Positions 45,767 to 56,065 of a DNA stretch of 64,000 nt are shown one piece after another. Made by a program: the position numbers and the translations under genes. Positions within the stretch are counted from its first letter, which is position 1. Every line of letters starts with the position of its first letter. The stretch is from an uncultured Clostridia bacterium. Its GTDB lineage: Bacteria > Bacillota > Clostridia > UMGS1883. The stretch covers positions 29,250 through 93,249 of the forward strand of contig CANQRB010000004.1 in NCBI GenBank assembly GCA_947626145.1, read 5' to 3'. Under the pieces are notes generated by a model. The model saw nothing but the letters and a program-made list of their open reading frames with translations. It was not told where the DNA came from and ran no database searches.

Positions 45767-47544
45767 CGGCACACCTCCCGGGTATACCGTGTCAGCCAGT
45801 CCTGCTCCTCCTGAGAGAGCCGGGGCATGAGGCGCTTGCGGCACTCAAGGTGATAGCGGTTTATCCATTCTATCTCCTCGTCGGTGAGCAGAGAGGGATC
45901 AATGCCGTTTACGTCAATAGGCACGAAGGACAGCAGTCCGAAGCCGTAAAACTCGCCGTGCCCGGTGGTCTTCCACGGCACGACGACAACGTCGTTCTCG
46001 GTGCGGATGCCGTATTTGCCCTCTATGTAAACGCCTGGCTCGATAGTGATGTTCATGCCCGGCTCAAAGGGGATGGAGCGCAGGTTCTGGCTCATGTTCT
46101 GGGGACCTTCGTGTACGTTGAGATAGAAGCCCACACCGTGACCGGTGCCGCACTTGTAGTCGATGCCCTCCCTCCACAGGGGCTCACGGGCCAGAATATC
46201 CAGATTTGCGCCCGCGGCGCCCTTAAGGAAGCGGGCGGAGATAAGGGCTATGCTGGACTTGAGCACAAGGGTGAAATTGCGGCGCTCCTCCTCGGTTATG
46301 GGGCCAAGAACCAAAGTTCTTGTTATATCGGTGCTTCCGTTCAGGTAGTGGCCGCCGGAGTCGATGAGGAGCATACCCTCGGCCTTAAGAACGGCGTTGT
46401 TTTCGGGAGTGGGACTGTAGTGCATCATGGCCGCGTTGCCCCTGTAAGCGGCAATGGTCTCAAAGCTGGGCCCCATGTTGTAGGGCTGCTGAGCCCGAAG
46501 CTCCAGCAGCTTTTCGCACACGTCAAGCTCGGTAATTGGACGGCCGCCGCTGAGGCAGTCATAAATATAGTAAAAGCCCTTGACCAGCGCCACGGCGTCG
46601 TTTTCGTAGCACTCCACAAGATTTTGATTTTCGGTCTTGTTTTTCACGGCCTTGAAGGGCGTCACTATGTCCCAGATGTACTTAAGGCTGCACTTTTGGG
46701 CGGCGGCCGCGAGAGCGCTGTTGTTTATGTCGAAATCCATGCCAAGGGTGCAGTCCTCGCCCAGGGCGGCAATATCGCCGTAAATACCGCCGTATTCATA
46801 CAGGCTGATGCCCTGCTGCTCAAGAGCGTAGCGCTCGTTCTCGCCCACCTTGGCGGGGTCGATATAGAGACGGACGCCGCCGGGGCCGACGAGCAGATAG
46901 CTGAGAGCGAAGGGGCAGCAGTGGATGTCGGAGCCGCGTATATTGCAGAGCCACATGATGCAGTCCAGCTTGCCAACGGCGTAATGGGTGAGGCCGAGCT
47001 TGCTCATCTCCTCGCGGACACGGGCGATCTTGCTCGAGGCGCTCTCCCCGCACCACTTTTCGTCGTGGAGGATTATTTTTCCGTCGGGAATGGGAGGCCG
47101 GTCCTGCCAGATGACTGACAAATCCACGGAGCTGTCCAAAACCAGCTTTTTCTCCCCGAATTTTTTCTTCATATCATTTATCGACGACTGGGAAAACAGC
47201 TTTCCGTTTACGCCTATTTTCGCGCCCTCGGGCAGCTCGTCGCAAAGGAACTGAACGTAGCTCTTCACGCCGGGGTCATAGGCCCGGAACAGCGCTATCT
47301 CGCTGCCGGAGAGCTGGTTTTCCGCCTGAATGTAGTAGCGTCCGTCTGTCCAAAGGCCGCTCCTGTCCTTTGTGACGGCCACGGTTCCGGCGCTGCCGGT
47401 GAAGCCCGAAAGCCAGCGGCGGAACTGATAGTGCTCCGGCACATACTCGCTCAGGTGCGGATCCGCCGAGGGCACAATGCAGGCGTCAAGGCCGTTTTTC
47501 TCCATTTCCTGCCGCAGGAGGGCAAGCTTTTCGTTAACTGTCAT
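45763..47544 (-). CDS. Xaa-Pro aminopeptidase (M24B family)
   Basis: 593 aa with a creatinase-like N-domain and the M24 core (DSGGHY..., TGHGVGFYLNVHEGP, EPGVYIEG). Confidence 0.88.
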   Translation of the reverse strand: MTVNEKLALLRQEMEKNGLDACIVPSADPHLSEYVPEHYQFRRWLSGFTGSAGTVAVTKDRSGLWTDGRYYIQAENQLSGSEIALFRAYDPGVKSYVQFLCDELPEGAKIGVNGKLFSQSSINDMKKKFGEKKLVLDSSVDLSVIWQDRPPIPDGKIILHDEKWCGESASSKIARVREEMSKLGLTHYAVGKLDCIMWLCNIRGSDIHCCPFALSYLLVGPGGVRLYIDPAKVGENERYALEQQGISLYEYGGIYGDIAALGEDCTLGMDFDINNSALAAAAQKCSLKYIWDIVTPFKAVKNKTENQNLVECYENDAVALVKGFYYIYDCLSGGRPITELDVCEKLLELRAQQPYNMGPSFETIAAYRGNAAMMHYSPTPENNAVLKAEGMLLIDSGGHYLNGSTDITRTLVLGPITEEERRNFTLVLKSSIALISARFLKGAAGANLDILAREPLWREGIDYKCGTGHGVGFYLNVHEGPQNMSQNLRSIPFEPGMNITIEPGVYIEGKYGIRTENDVVVVPWKTTGHGEFYGFGLLSFVPIDVNGIDPSLLTDEEIEWINRYHLECRKRLMPRLSQEEQDWLTRYTREVCR

Positions 47545-47578
47545 ATTAAATTACCCCTTTCCTCTGTCTAATCTTTAT

Positions 47579-48577
47579 TTATTCCAGTCTCAGCTGAGGC
47601 TCGGCGTTCAGTGTCAGGTCGGCCCGCATACCGGCGGCGTAGTTCAGGTACCCGGCGCAGGAGATCATGGCTCCGTTGTCGGTACACAGGTCTATGGGCG
47701 GGCAGTACATTTTCATGCCCGCGGCCCTGGCGGCGGCTTCAAGGGCCGAGCGCAGGGCGGTGTTGGCGGCCACTCCGCCGGCAAGGCAAACGGTTTTGCA
47801 GCCCGCCTGCTTTGCGGCGCCTACGGTGTTCTCCACCAGCACGTCCACGACCGCCTGCTGGAAGGAGGCGGCAATATCCGCCCGATTGAATTCCTCCCCC
47901 TTCTGTTCGGCGGTGTGAACATAGTTTATCACCGCCGTCTTCAGGCCGCTGAAGCTGAAGTCAAAGCCGTGATGGGGCCGGGGGAAGGCTATGGCGTTGG
48001 GGTCACCCTCCTTCGCCAGAGCGTTGACCTTCGGCCCGCCGGGATAGCCAAGTCCCAGCACACGGGCCACCTTGTCAAAAGCCTCGCCGGCGGCGTCGTC
48101 GGTGGTGGCGCCCAGCACCTCAAACTCGTGATAGTCCTTCACATGGAGGATGTGGCTGTGCCCGCCGGAGGCCACAAGGCAGACAAAGGGCGGTTCAAGC
48201 TCCGGATGGGCGATGTAGTTGGCGGCGATATGGCCCTGAATGTGGTTCACGGGCACGAGGGGCCTGTTTATGCCGTAGGCGAAGGCCTTTGCCACGCTTA
48301 CCCCAACCAGCAGGGCCCCCACAAGGCCGGGATTGTAGGTCACGGCCACGGCGTCCAGCTCTTTTTTGTCTATGCCGGCCTCCTTCAGAGCGGCGTCAAT
48401 TACGTATATAATCTTGTCGATATGCCTGCGGGAGGCTATCTCCGGCACAACGCCGCCGTAGACCTCGTGCAGGGCTATCTGAGTATATATAACGTTGGAG
48501 AGGACCTCCCGCCCGTCACGGGTGACGGAGGCCGCGGTCTCGTCGCAGGAAGTTTCGATGCCTAAAACCAATGCCAT
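47579..48577 (-). CDS. tsaD: tRNA N6-adenosine threonylcarbamoyltransferase
   Basis: [20 protein letters not shown] and GGVAAN. Confidence 0.95.
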   Translation of the reverse strand: MALVLGIETSCDETAASVTRDGREVLSNVIYTQIALHEVYGGVVPEIASRRHIDKIIYVIDAALKEAGIDKKELDAVAVTYNPGLVGALLVGVSVAKAFAYGINRPLVPVNHIQGHIAANYIAHPELEPPFVCLVASGGHSHILHVKDYHEFEVLGATTDDAAGEAFDKVARVLGLGYPGGPKVNALAKEGDPNAIAFPRPHHGFDFSFSGLKTAVINYVHTAEQKGEEFNRADIAASFQQAVVDVLVENTVGAAKQAGCKTVCLAGGVAANTALRSALEAAARAAGMKMYCPPIDLCTDNGAMISCAGYLNYAAGMRADLTLNAEPQLRLE

Positions 48578-48578
48578 A

Positions 48579-48989
48579 CTATCTTCTCCATTTCATAACT
48601 ACCGCGTCCTCGCCGCCGCCATAGTAGTTTTTTCTTATGCCGATCTTTTCAAAGCCCAGCTCCGTATAAAGGGCCATGGCGGGCAGATTGCTGACGCGCA
48701 CGTCCAGAAAGGCCTCGTCGGCGTCCTTTAACGCCTCGCAAACGAGGGCGCGGCCGATCCCCCTGCGGCGCCCGTCGGGAGCGACGGCGATGTTGTATAT
48801 CTCCGCCTCGCCGCAGATACAGGAAAAAATCACGTAGCCGCCGACCTTTCCCCCGTCCCACACAAGAAAGCTCACCCCCGGATGCTCCAGAAAGCTCCGG
48901 AAATCCTCCTCGATCCATGGGTCGTCAAAGGATGCGGCTTCAATACGTACTATTTCGTCCAAGTCGCTGTCATTTGCGGCACGTATCAT
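48579..48989 (-). CDS. rimI: Ribosomal-protein-alanine N-acetyltransferase (GNAT)
   Basis: GNAT motif A ([16 protein letters not shown]). Conserved position between tsaD and the Sua5-type gene. Confidence 0.85.
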   Translation of the reverse strand: MIRAANDSDLDEIVRIEAASFDDPWIEEDFRSFLEHPGVSFLVWDGGKVGGYVIFSCICGEAEIYNIAVAPDGRRRGIGRALVCEALKDADEAFLDVRVSNLPAMALYTELGFEKIGIRKNYYGGGEDAVVMKWRR

Positions 48990-49960
48990 ATAACCTTACC
49001 TCCGGCGGATTTCAAAAGCCTGTTGCGCACCGCGACTCCGATGCCCTTATTTTCCGGCAGACGTGCATAAAGGGTATCTATCCCGTCCTCGTCGGCCTTG
49101 CGGAGGAAGTAAAAGAGCTTGGCGGCATAGTCCTCCACCGTCCCGCCGGCGTCGTACACCGGACGGTCGAAGCTGCCCCCGCCGTAAGTGAGTATGGCGG
49201 AATTTTCCGCAAAGGGTATCTTTGTCATGTCGCTGACGGCCCAGACCTTGGCTTTTGGACTGTAATGGGTGTACTTCATGCCGGGGCACTTGGGGGCGTT
49301 GGCGTAATCCCCGCCGTAAACGCAGTCCCCGGCCACGGCGGCAATATCCTCGGCGGTTATTGCGCCGGGCCGCAGCACCGTTGGCACGTCAAGGGTCATA
49401 TCCACCACAGTGGACTCCACCCCTATGAAGCTGTCGCCCCCGTCGATTATCATATCCACCCTGCCGTCCATGTCGTCTATGGCGTGGCGGGCGGCGGTGG
49501 GACTGGGACTGCCGCTGAGGTTGGCGCTGGGGGCGGCGATGGGCACGCCGGCGCGCCGTATCAGCTCATAGGCCACGGCGTGGCTGGGGAAACGTATGCT
49601 CACCGTGTCCAGTCCGGCGGAAACTATGTCCGGCACCTCGGGCCGGCGCTTAAGTATCACCGTCAGCGGCCCGCCCCAGAAGTGCTCCATGAGCCTCCGT
49701 GCCCGGTCGGGTATCTCCGAGGCCAGTTCCTCCGCCTGCTCAAGAGAGCAGATGTGGGAAATCAGGGGGTTGTCGGCGGGGCGGCCCTTGGCGGCGTAAA
49801 TTTTCGCCACAGCCGCCGGGTCAAAGGTGTTTGCCCCAAGCCCGTAAACCGTCTCGGTGGGGAAAACCACCAGTCCGCCCCGCAAAATAACCTCCGCCGC
49901 CCTGTCCATGAGCGCCGCGTCAATATTTTTCGGGTCTGTTTTTATGATCTCGGTGTTCAA
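48986..49960 (-). CDS. tsaC: L-threonylcarbamoyladenylate synthase (Sua5/YwlC type)
   Basis: VVFPTETVYGLGAN, SANLSG and a C-terminal Sua5 domain. Confidence 0.9.
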   Translation of the reverse strand: MNTEIIKTDPKNIDAALMDRAAEVILRGGLVVFPTETVYGLGANTFDPAAVAKIYAAKGRPADNPLISHICSLEQAEELASEIPDRARRLMEHFWGGPLTVILKRRPEVPDIVSAGLDTVSIRFPSHAVAYELIRRAGVPIAAPSANLSGSPSPTAARHAIDDMDGRVDMIIDGGDSFIGVESTVVDMTLDVPTVLRPGAITAEDIAAVAGDCVYGGDYANAPKCPGMKYTHYSPKAKVWAVSDMTKIPFAENSAILTYGGGSFDRPVYDAGGTVEDYAAKLFYFLRKADEDGIDTLYARLPENKGIGVAVRNRLLKSAGGKVI

Positions 49961-49972
49961 GCTATCACTCTC

Positions 49973-51571
49973 TCAGATGACAAAATAAAATTCCACTCCG
50001 CCGTCCCGGTTCTCGAAGCCGCAGCTGCCCCCGTGGAGCTCCACGCACTTCTTCACTATAGTGAGGCCCAGACCGCTGCCGCCGTAGGCCCTTGTCCGGG
50101 CCTTGTCCAGCTTGCCGAAGCTCTCCCAGATCTGATCCGCCCCGCTGTCCGGTATGGGCGCGCCGCTGTTGTACACACCAAAACGCGCCCTCTCCCCTTC
50201 ACGGCGAAGGCTGACCCTGATAAGGCCCCTTTCGTCCACGTGATGGAGGGCGTTGGTTATGTAATTGTCTATCGCCTGGGTCACGGCGTTCTCATCGGCG
50301 GTTATTTCGATTTTTTCCGGGCAGTCCAGCTCAACGGAAGCACCCTGGCGCCTGGCAAGAATGTCAAAGCCCCGAACCTCTCTTTCCACCAGAGCGGAAA
50401 GGTCGAGAGCCGTCCTCTCGGGCTCGCCGCCCTCGGCGGCCTCCAGCTCGGCGACTGTCAGCATCTGCCGTATTATCTTATCCATACGCCCGGCCTCGTC
50501 GATGATAACGTCGCAGTAATAGTTTCTGTCCTCGGCGCTGGCGGCTATATTTTCCTTCAGGCCCTCGGCGTAACCGCCGATTAGGGCTACCGGCGTCTTA
50601 AGCTCGTGGGAGGCGGCGGCGATGAACTCCTTGCGCATACGGTCGATGGAGTTCTTGAGCTCGATGTCCTTTTCCAGACGGGCGTTTTTCTCCCGCAGCT
50701 CGTTGATGTTTTCCTCAAGGCGGGCGCTCATTATGTTGACGCTGCGGCCAAGATCGCCCACCTCGTCACCGGACTTGCCCTCGTATTTTCGGCTGAAATC
50801 CAGAGCGGACACGGCACCGGCTATTTCCGTAAGCTGACGGATGGGACGGGTGGCGGCGCCGGAGGCCGCAAAAACAATGGCGATGCCAAGCACAAGGGCC
50901 ACAACGCCGATAAACATCAGCAGTTCGTTGGCGGTACGCGCCGCCTCGTCCACCGGAGCCATGGCTGTCTGTAAAAACAGATAGTTTCCGTTGTCAAGAC
51001 GTGCGGTAAGACTGAGTACGGCGCCGCCCAGCCGCTCGTCATGGCGGGGGCTGAGGACGTATTTTTCATCGCCGAGGATCCTTCCGGCAATTTCGGCAAC
51101 GGGGATTTTTTTCTCCCAGCCGTGCCGGTCGCCCTCGGGAGGCGGGCCGCCGCCGCTTTCGTCCTCTCCGTCAGCCGGAGCCGGAGGCTCCGGAGGGCGG
51201 CGCCAGTCTTCGCCGCCCTCCTCCCAGGGATTTATGCCCTCACGGTCAAAAAGGCCCTCACGCAGCATGAAGAAAATATTCTGGGCGTTACGGACGGAGG
51301 CGAAGATCTCCTCGCCGTTCCCGTCACAGATAAATATGTCTATCCCCTCAACGGAGGAAATTTTGTCCAGCTCCAGCTCGTTCTCGACGGAGGACAGGGA
51401 GTTGACGGTGTTGTAGGCGTCCGTCAGGGCCACGCGCTTGTCCCGCTCGTAAAGCCGGGACAGCAGGATACGGTTGGCCACCGCTATCCCGCCGATGGTG
51501 ATAAGCAGTATCGCCGCAAAAATCAGCACAAATTTGGCCCTGAGGGTAACGCGGAATTTTTTATTTTTCAA
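49973..51571 (-). CDS. Sensor histidine kinase (extracytoplasmic sensor domain)
   Basis: Two TM segments flank a loop of about 170 aa. HAMP follows, then the H-box ASHELKTPV and an HATPase domain (GGSGLGLTIV). Confidence 0.9.
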   Translation of the reverse strand: MKNKKFRVTLRAKFVLIFAAILLITIGGIAVANRILLSRLYERDKRVALTDAYNTVNSLSSVENELELDKISSVEGIDIFICDGNGEEIFASVRNAQNIFFMLREGLFDREGINPWEEGGEDWRRPPEPPAPADGEDESGGGPPPEGDRHGWEKKIPVAEIAGRILGDEKYVLSPRHDERLGGAVLSLTARLDNGNYLFLQTAMAPVDEAARTANELLMFIGVVALVLGIAIVFAASGAATRPIRQLTEIAGAVSALDFSRKYEGKSGDEVGDLGRSVNIMSARLEENINELREKNARLEKDIELKNSIDRMRKEFIAAASHELKTPVALIGGYAEGLKENIAASAEDRNYYCDVIIDEAGRMDKIIRQMLTVAELEAAEGGEPERTALDLSALVEREVRGFDILARRQGASVELDCPEKIEITADENAVTQAIDNYITNALHHVDERGLIRVSLRREGERARFGVYNSGAPIPDSGADQIWESFGKLDKARTRAYGGSGLGLTIVKKCVELHGGSCGFENRDGGVEFYFVI

Positions 51572-52241
51572 ACCTGTATCCCACTCCCCTCACCGTTTGC
51601 AGCATATCCCCCCACTGACCCAGCTTTTTCCTCAGCTTGGTCACATGGGTGTCAATGGTGCGGGCGTCGCCGAAGTAGTCATAGTTCCAAACGTTGTCAA
51701 GAATTTTCTCACGGGTCAGGGTGGAGCCCCGATTCTCCATGAGGTACAGGAGCAGGTCATACTCCTTCAGGCTCATATATATCTCCTCGCCGTCCACATA
51801 GACGGTGTGGGCCTCCCTGTCCACCCTTATCCCGCCGACGGTAAGCTCGCTGCCCCCGTCGGAAGAGGCCGTGCGCCGGAGCATGGCCTCGACCCGGGCC
51901 ACAAAGACCTTGGGCGAAAAGGGCTTGGTCACATAATCGTCCGCCCCGGCCTCGAAGCCCTCCACCTCGTCGCTCTCCTGCGAAAGGGCGGTGAGCATGA
52001 TAACGGGTACGTCCGAGGTTTTGCGCACCTCGCGGCAGACCTCCCAGCCGCTCAGCCCGGGCATCATCACGTCAAGGATCAGCAGCTTTATTTCCTTTGG
52101 CTGGGCGTTGTACAGCTCCAGCGCCCGGCTGCCGTTCTCCGCCTCGACAACGCTGTAGCCCGCCGCCTCAAGGAAGTCCCTGATAAGCCGCCGCATCCTG
52201 TCCTCGTCGTCGGCGACGAGAATTTTGATTTTAGAGCTCAT
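51561..52241 (-). CDS. OmpR-family response regulator
   Basis: ILVADDEDR...LLILDVMMPGLSG, and the winged helix TIDTHVTKLRKKL...VRGVGYRF. Confidence 0.93.
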   Translation of the reverse strand: MSSKIKILVADDEDRMRRLIRDFLEAAGYSVVEAENGSRALELYNAQPKEIKLLILDVMMPGLSGWEVCREVRKTSDVPVIMLTALSQESDEVEGFEAGADDYVTKPFSPKVFVARVEAMLRRTASSDGGSELTVGGIRVDREAHTVYVDGEEIYMSLKEYDLLLYLMENRGSTLTREKILDNVWNYDYFGDARTIDTHVTKLRKKLGQWGDMLQTVRGVGYRFEK

Positions 52242-52253
52242 GCTTTACCTCCC

Positions 52254-53000
52254 TCAGTCCAGATCACCCGAAGCCTTGGCGGCGTTGTAGCTGTTGGCGG
52301 TCTCGTTGACCGTTTCGTTTATTTCATTGGCGGCGTTCTGAATATCGCCCAGCATGGCGTTGAGCAGCTCGGGAGTCAGGGCCGGACGAAGGACGCCGTC
52401 GCTGCCGGTATCCAGCCGAATATACACGTCCGTGGAAGTGTTGTTTATCTCGCCCGACTCCAGCACCTCCACAAGAGCCCGGTCGTTGAACTCGGCGGCC
52501 TCCTCGCTGGTGGCAACCTCTCCGTTCATCATGGCGTCGTTCATGCGTATGAACACCTGACCGTAGACCTCGCGCATGGAAGGGGCCGATATTTTGGCGC
52601 TGATATAATTGACGCCGTTTTCGGTAAGGCTCTCGCCCAGCTCGTAGCTCATACGGGGCAGCAGAGCGGCATAGGCCACATTGTTACGCGCGCTTTCCAC
52701 GTCCATCAACTGACGGTCCTCCTCACGGGCGTTGGCAAGAGCGCCCTCATAGTCCAGCTTTTGGAAGCAGTCCAGCATAGCCGAGGCGGCGGCGCGGTTG
52801 GCGGCGATAACCTCCTCGTCCGTCACCGGCTGAAATTCGTGTTCCTCCTCTTCCGGCAGGGCGTCCTCAGTCCCGGTCTGCTGTGCCGCACTGCCGTTAT
52901 AGCTGTTGCTGATTTGTTCGTCGGGCTTGTCGGCCTGCTTCCTCCCGCATCCGGCGAGGGCAAGGACGAGCACAAGGGCGATGATCACATTCTTTTTCAT
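52254..53000 (-). CDS. Lipoprotein of unknown function
   Basis: Lipobox LALAGC after MKKNVIIALVLV. It lies directly upstream of, and is co-oriented with, the two-component genes. Confidence 0.8.
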   Translation of the reverse strand: MKKNVIIALVLVLALAGCGRKQADKPDEQISNSYNGSAAQQTGTEDALPEEEEHEFQPVTDEEVIAANRAAASAMLDCFQKLDYEGALANAREEDRQLMDVESARNNVAYAALLPRMSYELGESLTENGVNYISAKISAPSMREVYGQVFIRMNDAMMNGEVATSEEAAEFNDRALVEVLESGEINNTSTDVYIRLDTGSDGVLRPALTPELLNAMLGDIQNAANEINETVNETANSYNAAKASGDLD

Positions 53001-53153
53001 AAAAATCCTTCCTTTTACTGTTCAACATTACACACAAAAAGCCCTGAATGGGCTTTTCGGAGCGGGGCCGCGCTCCCGTAACAGACGGCCGGCCCCGCCT
53101 CACATTATCCCCGCAGGAGCCTTGTAATTTTCAAATACTGACATATGACAAAT

Positions 53154-53423
53154 TTAACCCTTATTTTCTCCGTGTACATCCTCAAACGGTTTGGGGCAGT
53201 CAGGGTCAAGGTCACAACAGAACAGAAGAAATTCCGAAGAACTGGGTGAGTTTTCTTTTATAAACTCTATCATTTTTTGTGCCGTGCCAAGCCTTTTTGC
53301 GTCTATGCACGCACCTATTTCAAGGCCCTCATAACATCTCGGTATTGTCCTGACCCATTTTAACAGCTCCTGAAATTCTTCCCGCTCAAGCAGCGGGACT
53401 TTTTTCGTTTCTTTATTTTTCAT
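53154..53423 (-). CDS. Small Cys-containing hypothetical protein, paralogue B (89 aa)
   Basis: MKNKETKKVPLLEREEFQELLKWVRTIP... is a close paralogue of the adjacent gene. The true start is the internal ATG of the 129-aa track ORF. Confidence 0.65.
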   Translation of the reverse strand: MKNKETKKVPLLEREEFQELLKWVRTIPRCYEGLEIGACIDAKRLGTAQKMIEFIKENSPSSSEFLLFCCDLDPDCPKPFEDVHGENKG

Positions 53424-53676
53424 TTTGTATATCCTCGAACGGTTTGGGGCGTTTGGGGTCAAGGCCATAACAGAACAAAACGAGTTCTGAAGAGCTGGGG
53501 GAGTTTTCCTTGATGTAGTCAACGATTTCCTTCGTCTTGCCAAATTTTTTTGCTTCTATGCAAGTACCTATTTCAAGATCCACGTAACAGTCCGGTATCG
53601 TTCTGACCCACTTTAACAGCTCCTGAAATTCTTCCTGCTCAAGCAGCGGTATTTTTTTCGTTTCTTTATTTTTCAT
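53413..53676 (-). CDS. Small Cys-containing hypothetical protein, paralogue A (87 aa)
   Basis: MKNKETKKIPLLEQEEFQELLKWVRTIP... is the tandem duplicate of paralogue B and overlaps it by 11 nt. Confidence 0.65.
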   Translation of the reverse strand: MKNKETKKIPLLEQEEFQELLKWVRTIPDCYVDLEIGTCIEAKKFGKTKEIVDYIKENSPSSSELVLFCYGLDPKRPKPFEDIQNEK

Positions 53677-53730
53677 TATTTATCATCCATTCTTAAACAT
53701 TTTCAATGCGGCAAATCGGGCCTTACCGGC

Positions 53731-55209
53731 CTATTCCGTAACGGGCTCATACCTGTCCGCCGGGCAAAGAGGTTCGAGTTTGTCCATCATCCAGACCATG
53801 TGAGTCACCGGATCAAGGGACATATAATCCTTCGTGGTGACCGAGCTGCGCGGGGCAAGGGTTACGGCGGAGGTTTTCTGATTATACTGAACGCCGTTAT
53901 TGCTCGCCGCCCATATATCCGTCACGGTATAGCTGTCAAAGCCGCTGTTGGTTATGGTCGCGGATGCGGTGAAGCTGTCGCTGTCAAAGCTTATGCCGCT
54001 GACGGTTATTTTCCTGCCCAGAAGGGTATCCATCATCCTGCCGACGTCCACGATGCCGAAGCCGTAAAAGGTGTCCCAGCCGGGAGCCCCCATATCACGG
54101 GACGTGGCCTGAATAAGGGAGCGGAACCGGTTCACGTCCGCCTCGGGCTCGATCTGCTTGACAAGAGCCGCCACGGAGGCTATGTATGGCGAGGAAAACG
54201 ACGTGCCGCTGTTTTGCCCGAAGCCCATATTCGACAGGTCTTTGAAATTGAGGACGGAGACGCTTCCGCCGCAGGCGGCCACATCCACCTGACTGTTATG
54301 GTACGAAAAGCTGGAATAGTTGCCGTTGCTGTCCACCGAGGCCACGCTTATCACGTTGTTAAAAGCGCCGGGGTACATAAAGGGGCTGTCCTTATTCAGA
54401 TCGTTTTTGTTGTTGGTCGTACTGTCGTGATTGCCCGCGGCGGCCACCACTATGATGCCCCTGTTGGCGGCGTTGTCAATAATTTCCTTCATGGACTTTA
54501 TGGCGGCGGCATTGTTGGCGTCTTCCTTCGCGCCAACACTCATATTTATAACGTCGCAGCCCTGCCTTACGGCGTAGTCCAAGCCGAGGATGAGGTTGCT
54601 GACGGCGGTGGTGTTTGAGTTGCCGGGGAAGGCCTTTATCACCACGAGATCAACGCCGTCGGCCAGGCTGGAAAGTCCCCTGCTGTTGTTGGTCGCGGCG
54701 CATATCATCCCGGCCACAGAGGTGCCGTGGCCCTGATAATCGGTGACATCCTCCGCCTTGGGGTCAGTCTCCTTGACGGTCACATCCCGCCGTCCGACGA
54801 CCTTGGCGTAGTTGATATCCGGATGGCCGTTGGCGATGCCCGTATCAATGATACCCACCTTGACGCCGGAGCCGTTATACGTTCCGTTGTTAACCACGCC
54901 GATAGCGTTTGTGAGCCGGAACTCATAGCTCCGCTGGCGCTCGTAGCCCGTGTCGTCGGCGGCATCCATGAGCTCCACCGAGGCGTCGGGGCCGTAATAT
55001 TCAATTATGCCCGCCTCATACAGGCGCTGAAGCTCCTCAAGGTCGTCGCTGAGATAGATGGCCCCGCTTAGGTGGTTCTGCTCCATCTCAAGGCTCATTG
55101 GCATAACAAGGCCGTCCCTGTACCGGAATATGTAGTCCTGGGCATACGCGGCAGAGCAGAACAGCAGCGCCATCAGCCCGGTCAGAAAAAAACTTTTGAC
55201 AAATTTCAT
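53731..55209 (-). CDS. Secreted S8 (subtilisin-like) serine peptidase
   Basis: Signal peptide. The catalytic triad contexts are VGIIDTGI (Asp), HGTSVAGMI (His) and SGTSFSSPYIASVAAL (Ser). Confidence 0.9.
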   Translation of the reverse strand: MKFVKSFFLTGLMALLFCSAAYAQDYIFRYRDGLVMPMSLEMEQNHLSGAIYLSDDLEELQRLYEAGIIEYYGPDASVELMDAADDTGYERQRSYEFRLTNAIGVVNNGTYNGSGVKVGIIDTGIANGHPDINYAKVVGRRDVTVKETDPKAEDVTDYQGHGTSVAGMICAATNNSRGLSSLADGVDLVVIKAFPGNSNTTAVSNLILGLDYAVRQGCDVINMSVGAKEDANNAAAIKSMKEIIDNAANRGIIVVAAAGNHDSTTNNKNDLNKDSPFMYPGAFNNVISVASVDSNGNYSSFSYHNSQVDVAACGGSVSVLNFKDLSNMGFGQNSGTSFSSPYIASVAALVKQIEPEADVNRFRSLIQATSRDMGAPGWDTFYGFGIVDVGRMMDTLLGRKITVSGISFDSDSFTASATITNSGFDSYTVTDIWAASNNGVQYNQKTSAVTLAPRSSVTTKDYMSLDPVTHMVWMMDKLEPLCPADRYEPVTE

Positions 55210-55370
55210 AGCTTTATCCCCTGAAATCAACAATCAATAATATTACATTTTCTATTGTACAATAAAAAAGGAAATTTGTCAAATGAATTTTTTGTTATTT
55301 TTATTTTAAACTAATCCCAAATTAAAATCATAAATATGTGAGTTCATTATGGTAACAATGACAGATTAAA

Positions 55371-55526
55371 AAGGCTTCCCCTCGAGGGGAAGCTGTCAGC
55401 GACAGCTGACTGATGAGGTGTAGCCGCTGTGCGGCGTTAGCATAGCCGTAAACGTATAACGGATGCTTCGCATCCTACACCTCATCCGGCACTTCGTGCC
55501 ACCTTCCCCTCAAAGGGGAAGGCTTT
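55371..55526. repeat. About 156-bp multi-hairpin palindromic element
   Basis: A 12-bp long-range stem GATGAGGTGTAG (55412-55423) pairs with CTACACCTCATC (55485-55496). Local hairpins are nested and flanking: CTTCCCCT-cg-AGGGGAAG, GTCAGC-gaca-GCTGAC, GCCGC-tgt-GCGGC, GGATGC-ttc-GCATCC, GGCAC-ttc-GTGCC and CTTCCCCT-caa-AGGGGAAG. Confidence 0.85.
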
Positions 55527-55708
55527 ATTATCTGCTATATTTAATACTACTTTCTAATTAAAATCATCAATTCACGGCAGTCTTTTTGGTCTCTTCCTTG
55601 TCTGACACGAAAAATCCTCGCCACTCGGTGTCTGCTTTTAATAGATTAGTATTAAATAAATAAGGGGACAGGCTTTCAGATCAAACCGAAAACCCGTCCC
55701 CGCTCCGC

Positions 55709-56059
55709 TCACCTTCCGCTCAGCCCGAAGCTGACGGATATGGCGTCGTTGACCTTTACCATCTGCAATTCATCCAAACGGCCTATCTTTTCACGAAGGC
55801 GCTTTTTATCTATGGTCCGTATCTGCTCCAGAAGGACGACGCTGTCCTTTTGGAGGCCGTACTGGGCCGCCTCTATCTCAATGTGCGTGGGGAGCTTGGC
55901 CTTGTTGATGCGGCTGGTTATGGCGGCGGCTATGACCGTGGGGCTGTACTTGTTGCCCACGTCGTTCTGCACCACCAGCACCGGCCTGACGCCGCCCTGC
56001 TCTGAACCCACCACCGGACTAAGATCCGCGTAAAAAATGTCGCCTCGCTTGACAATCAC
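55709..56059 (-). CDS. mazF: MazF/PemK-family endoribonuclease toxin (EndoA-like)
   Basis: [36 protein letters not shown]. It lies downstream of alr, as in Bacillus ndoAI-ndoA. Confidence 0.93.
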   Translation of the reverse strand: MIVKRGDIFYADLSPVVGSEQGGVRPVLVVQNDVGNKYSPTVIAAAITSRINKAKLPTHIEIEAAQYGLQKDSVVLLEQIRTIDKKRLREKIGRLDELQMVKVNDAISVSFGLSGR

Positions 56060-56065
56060 TAAACT

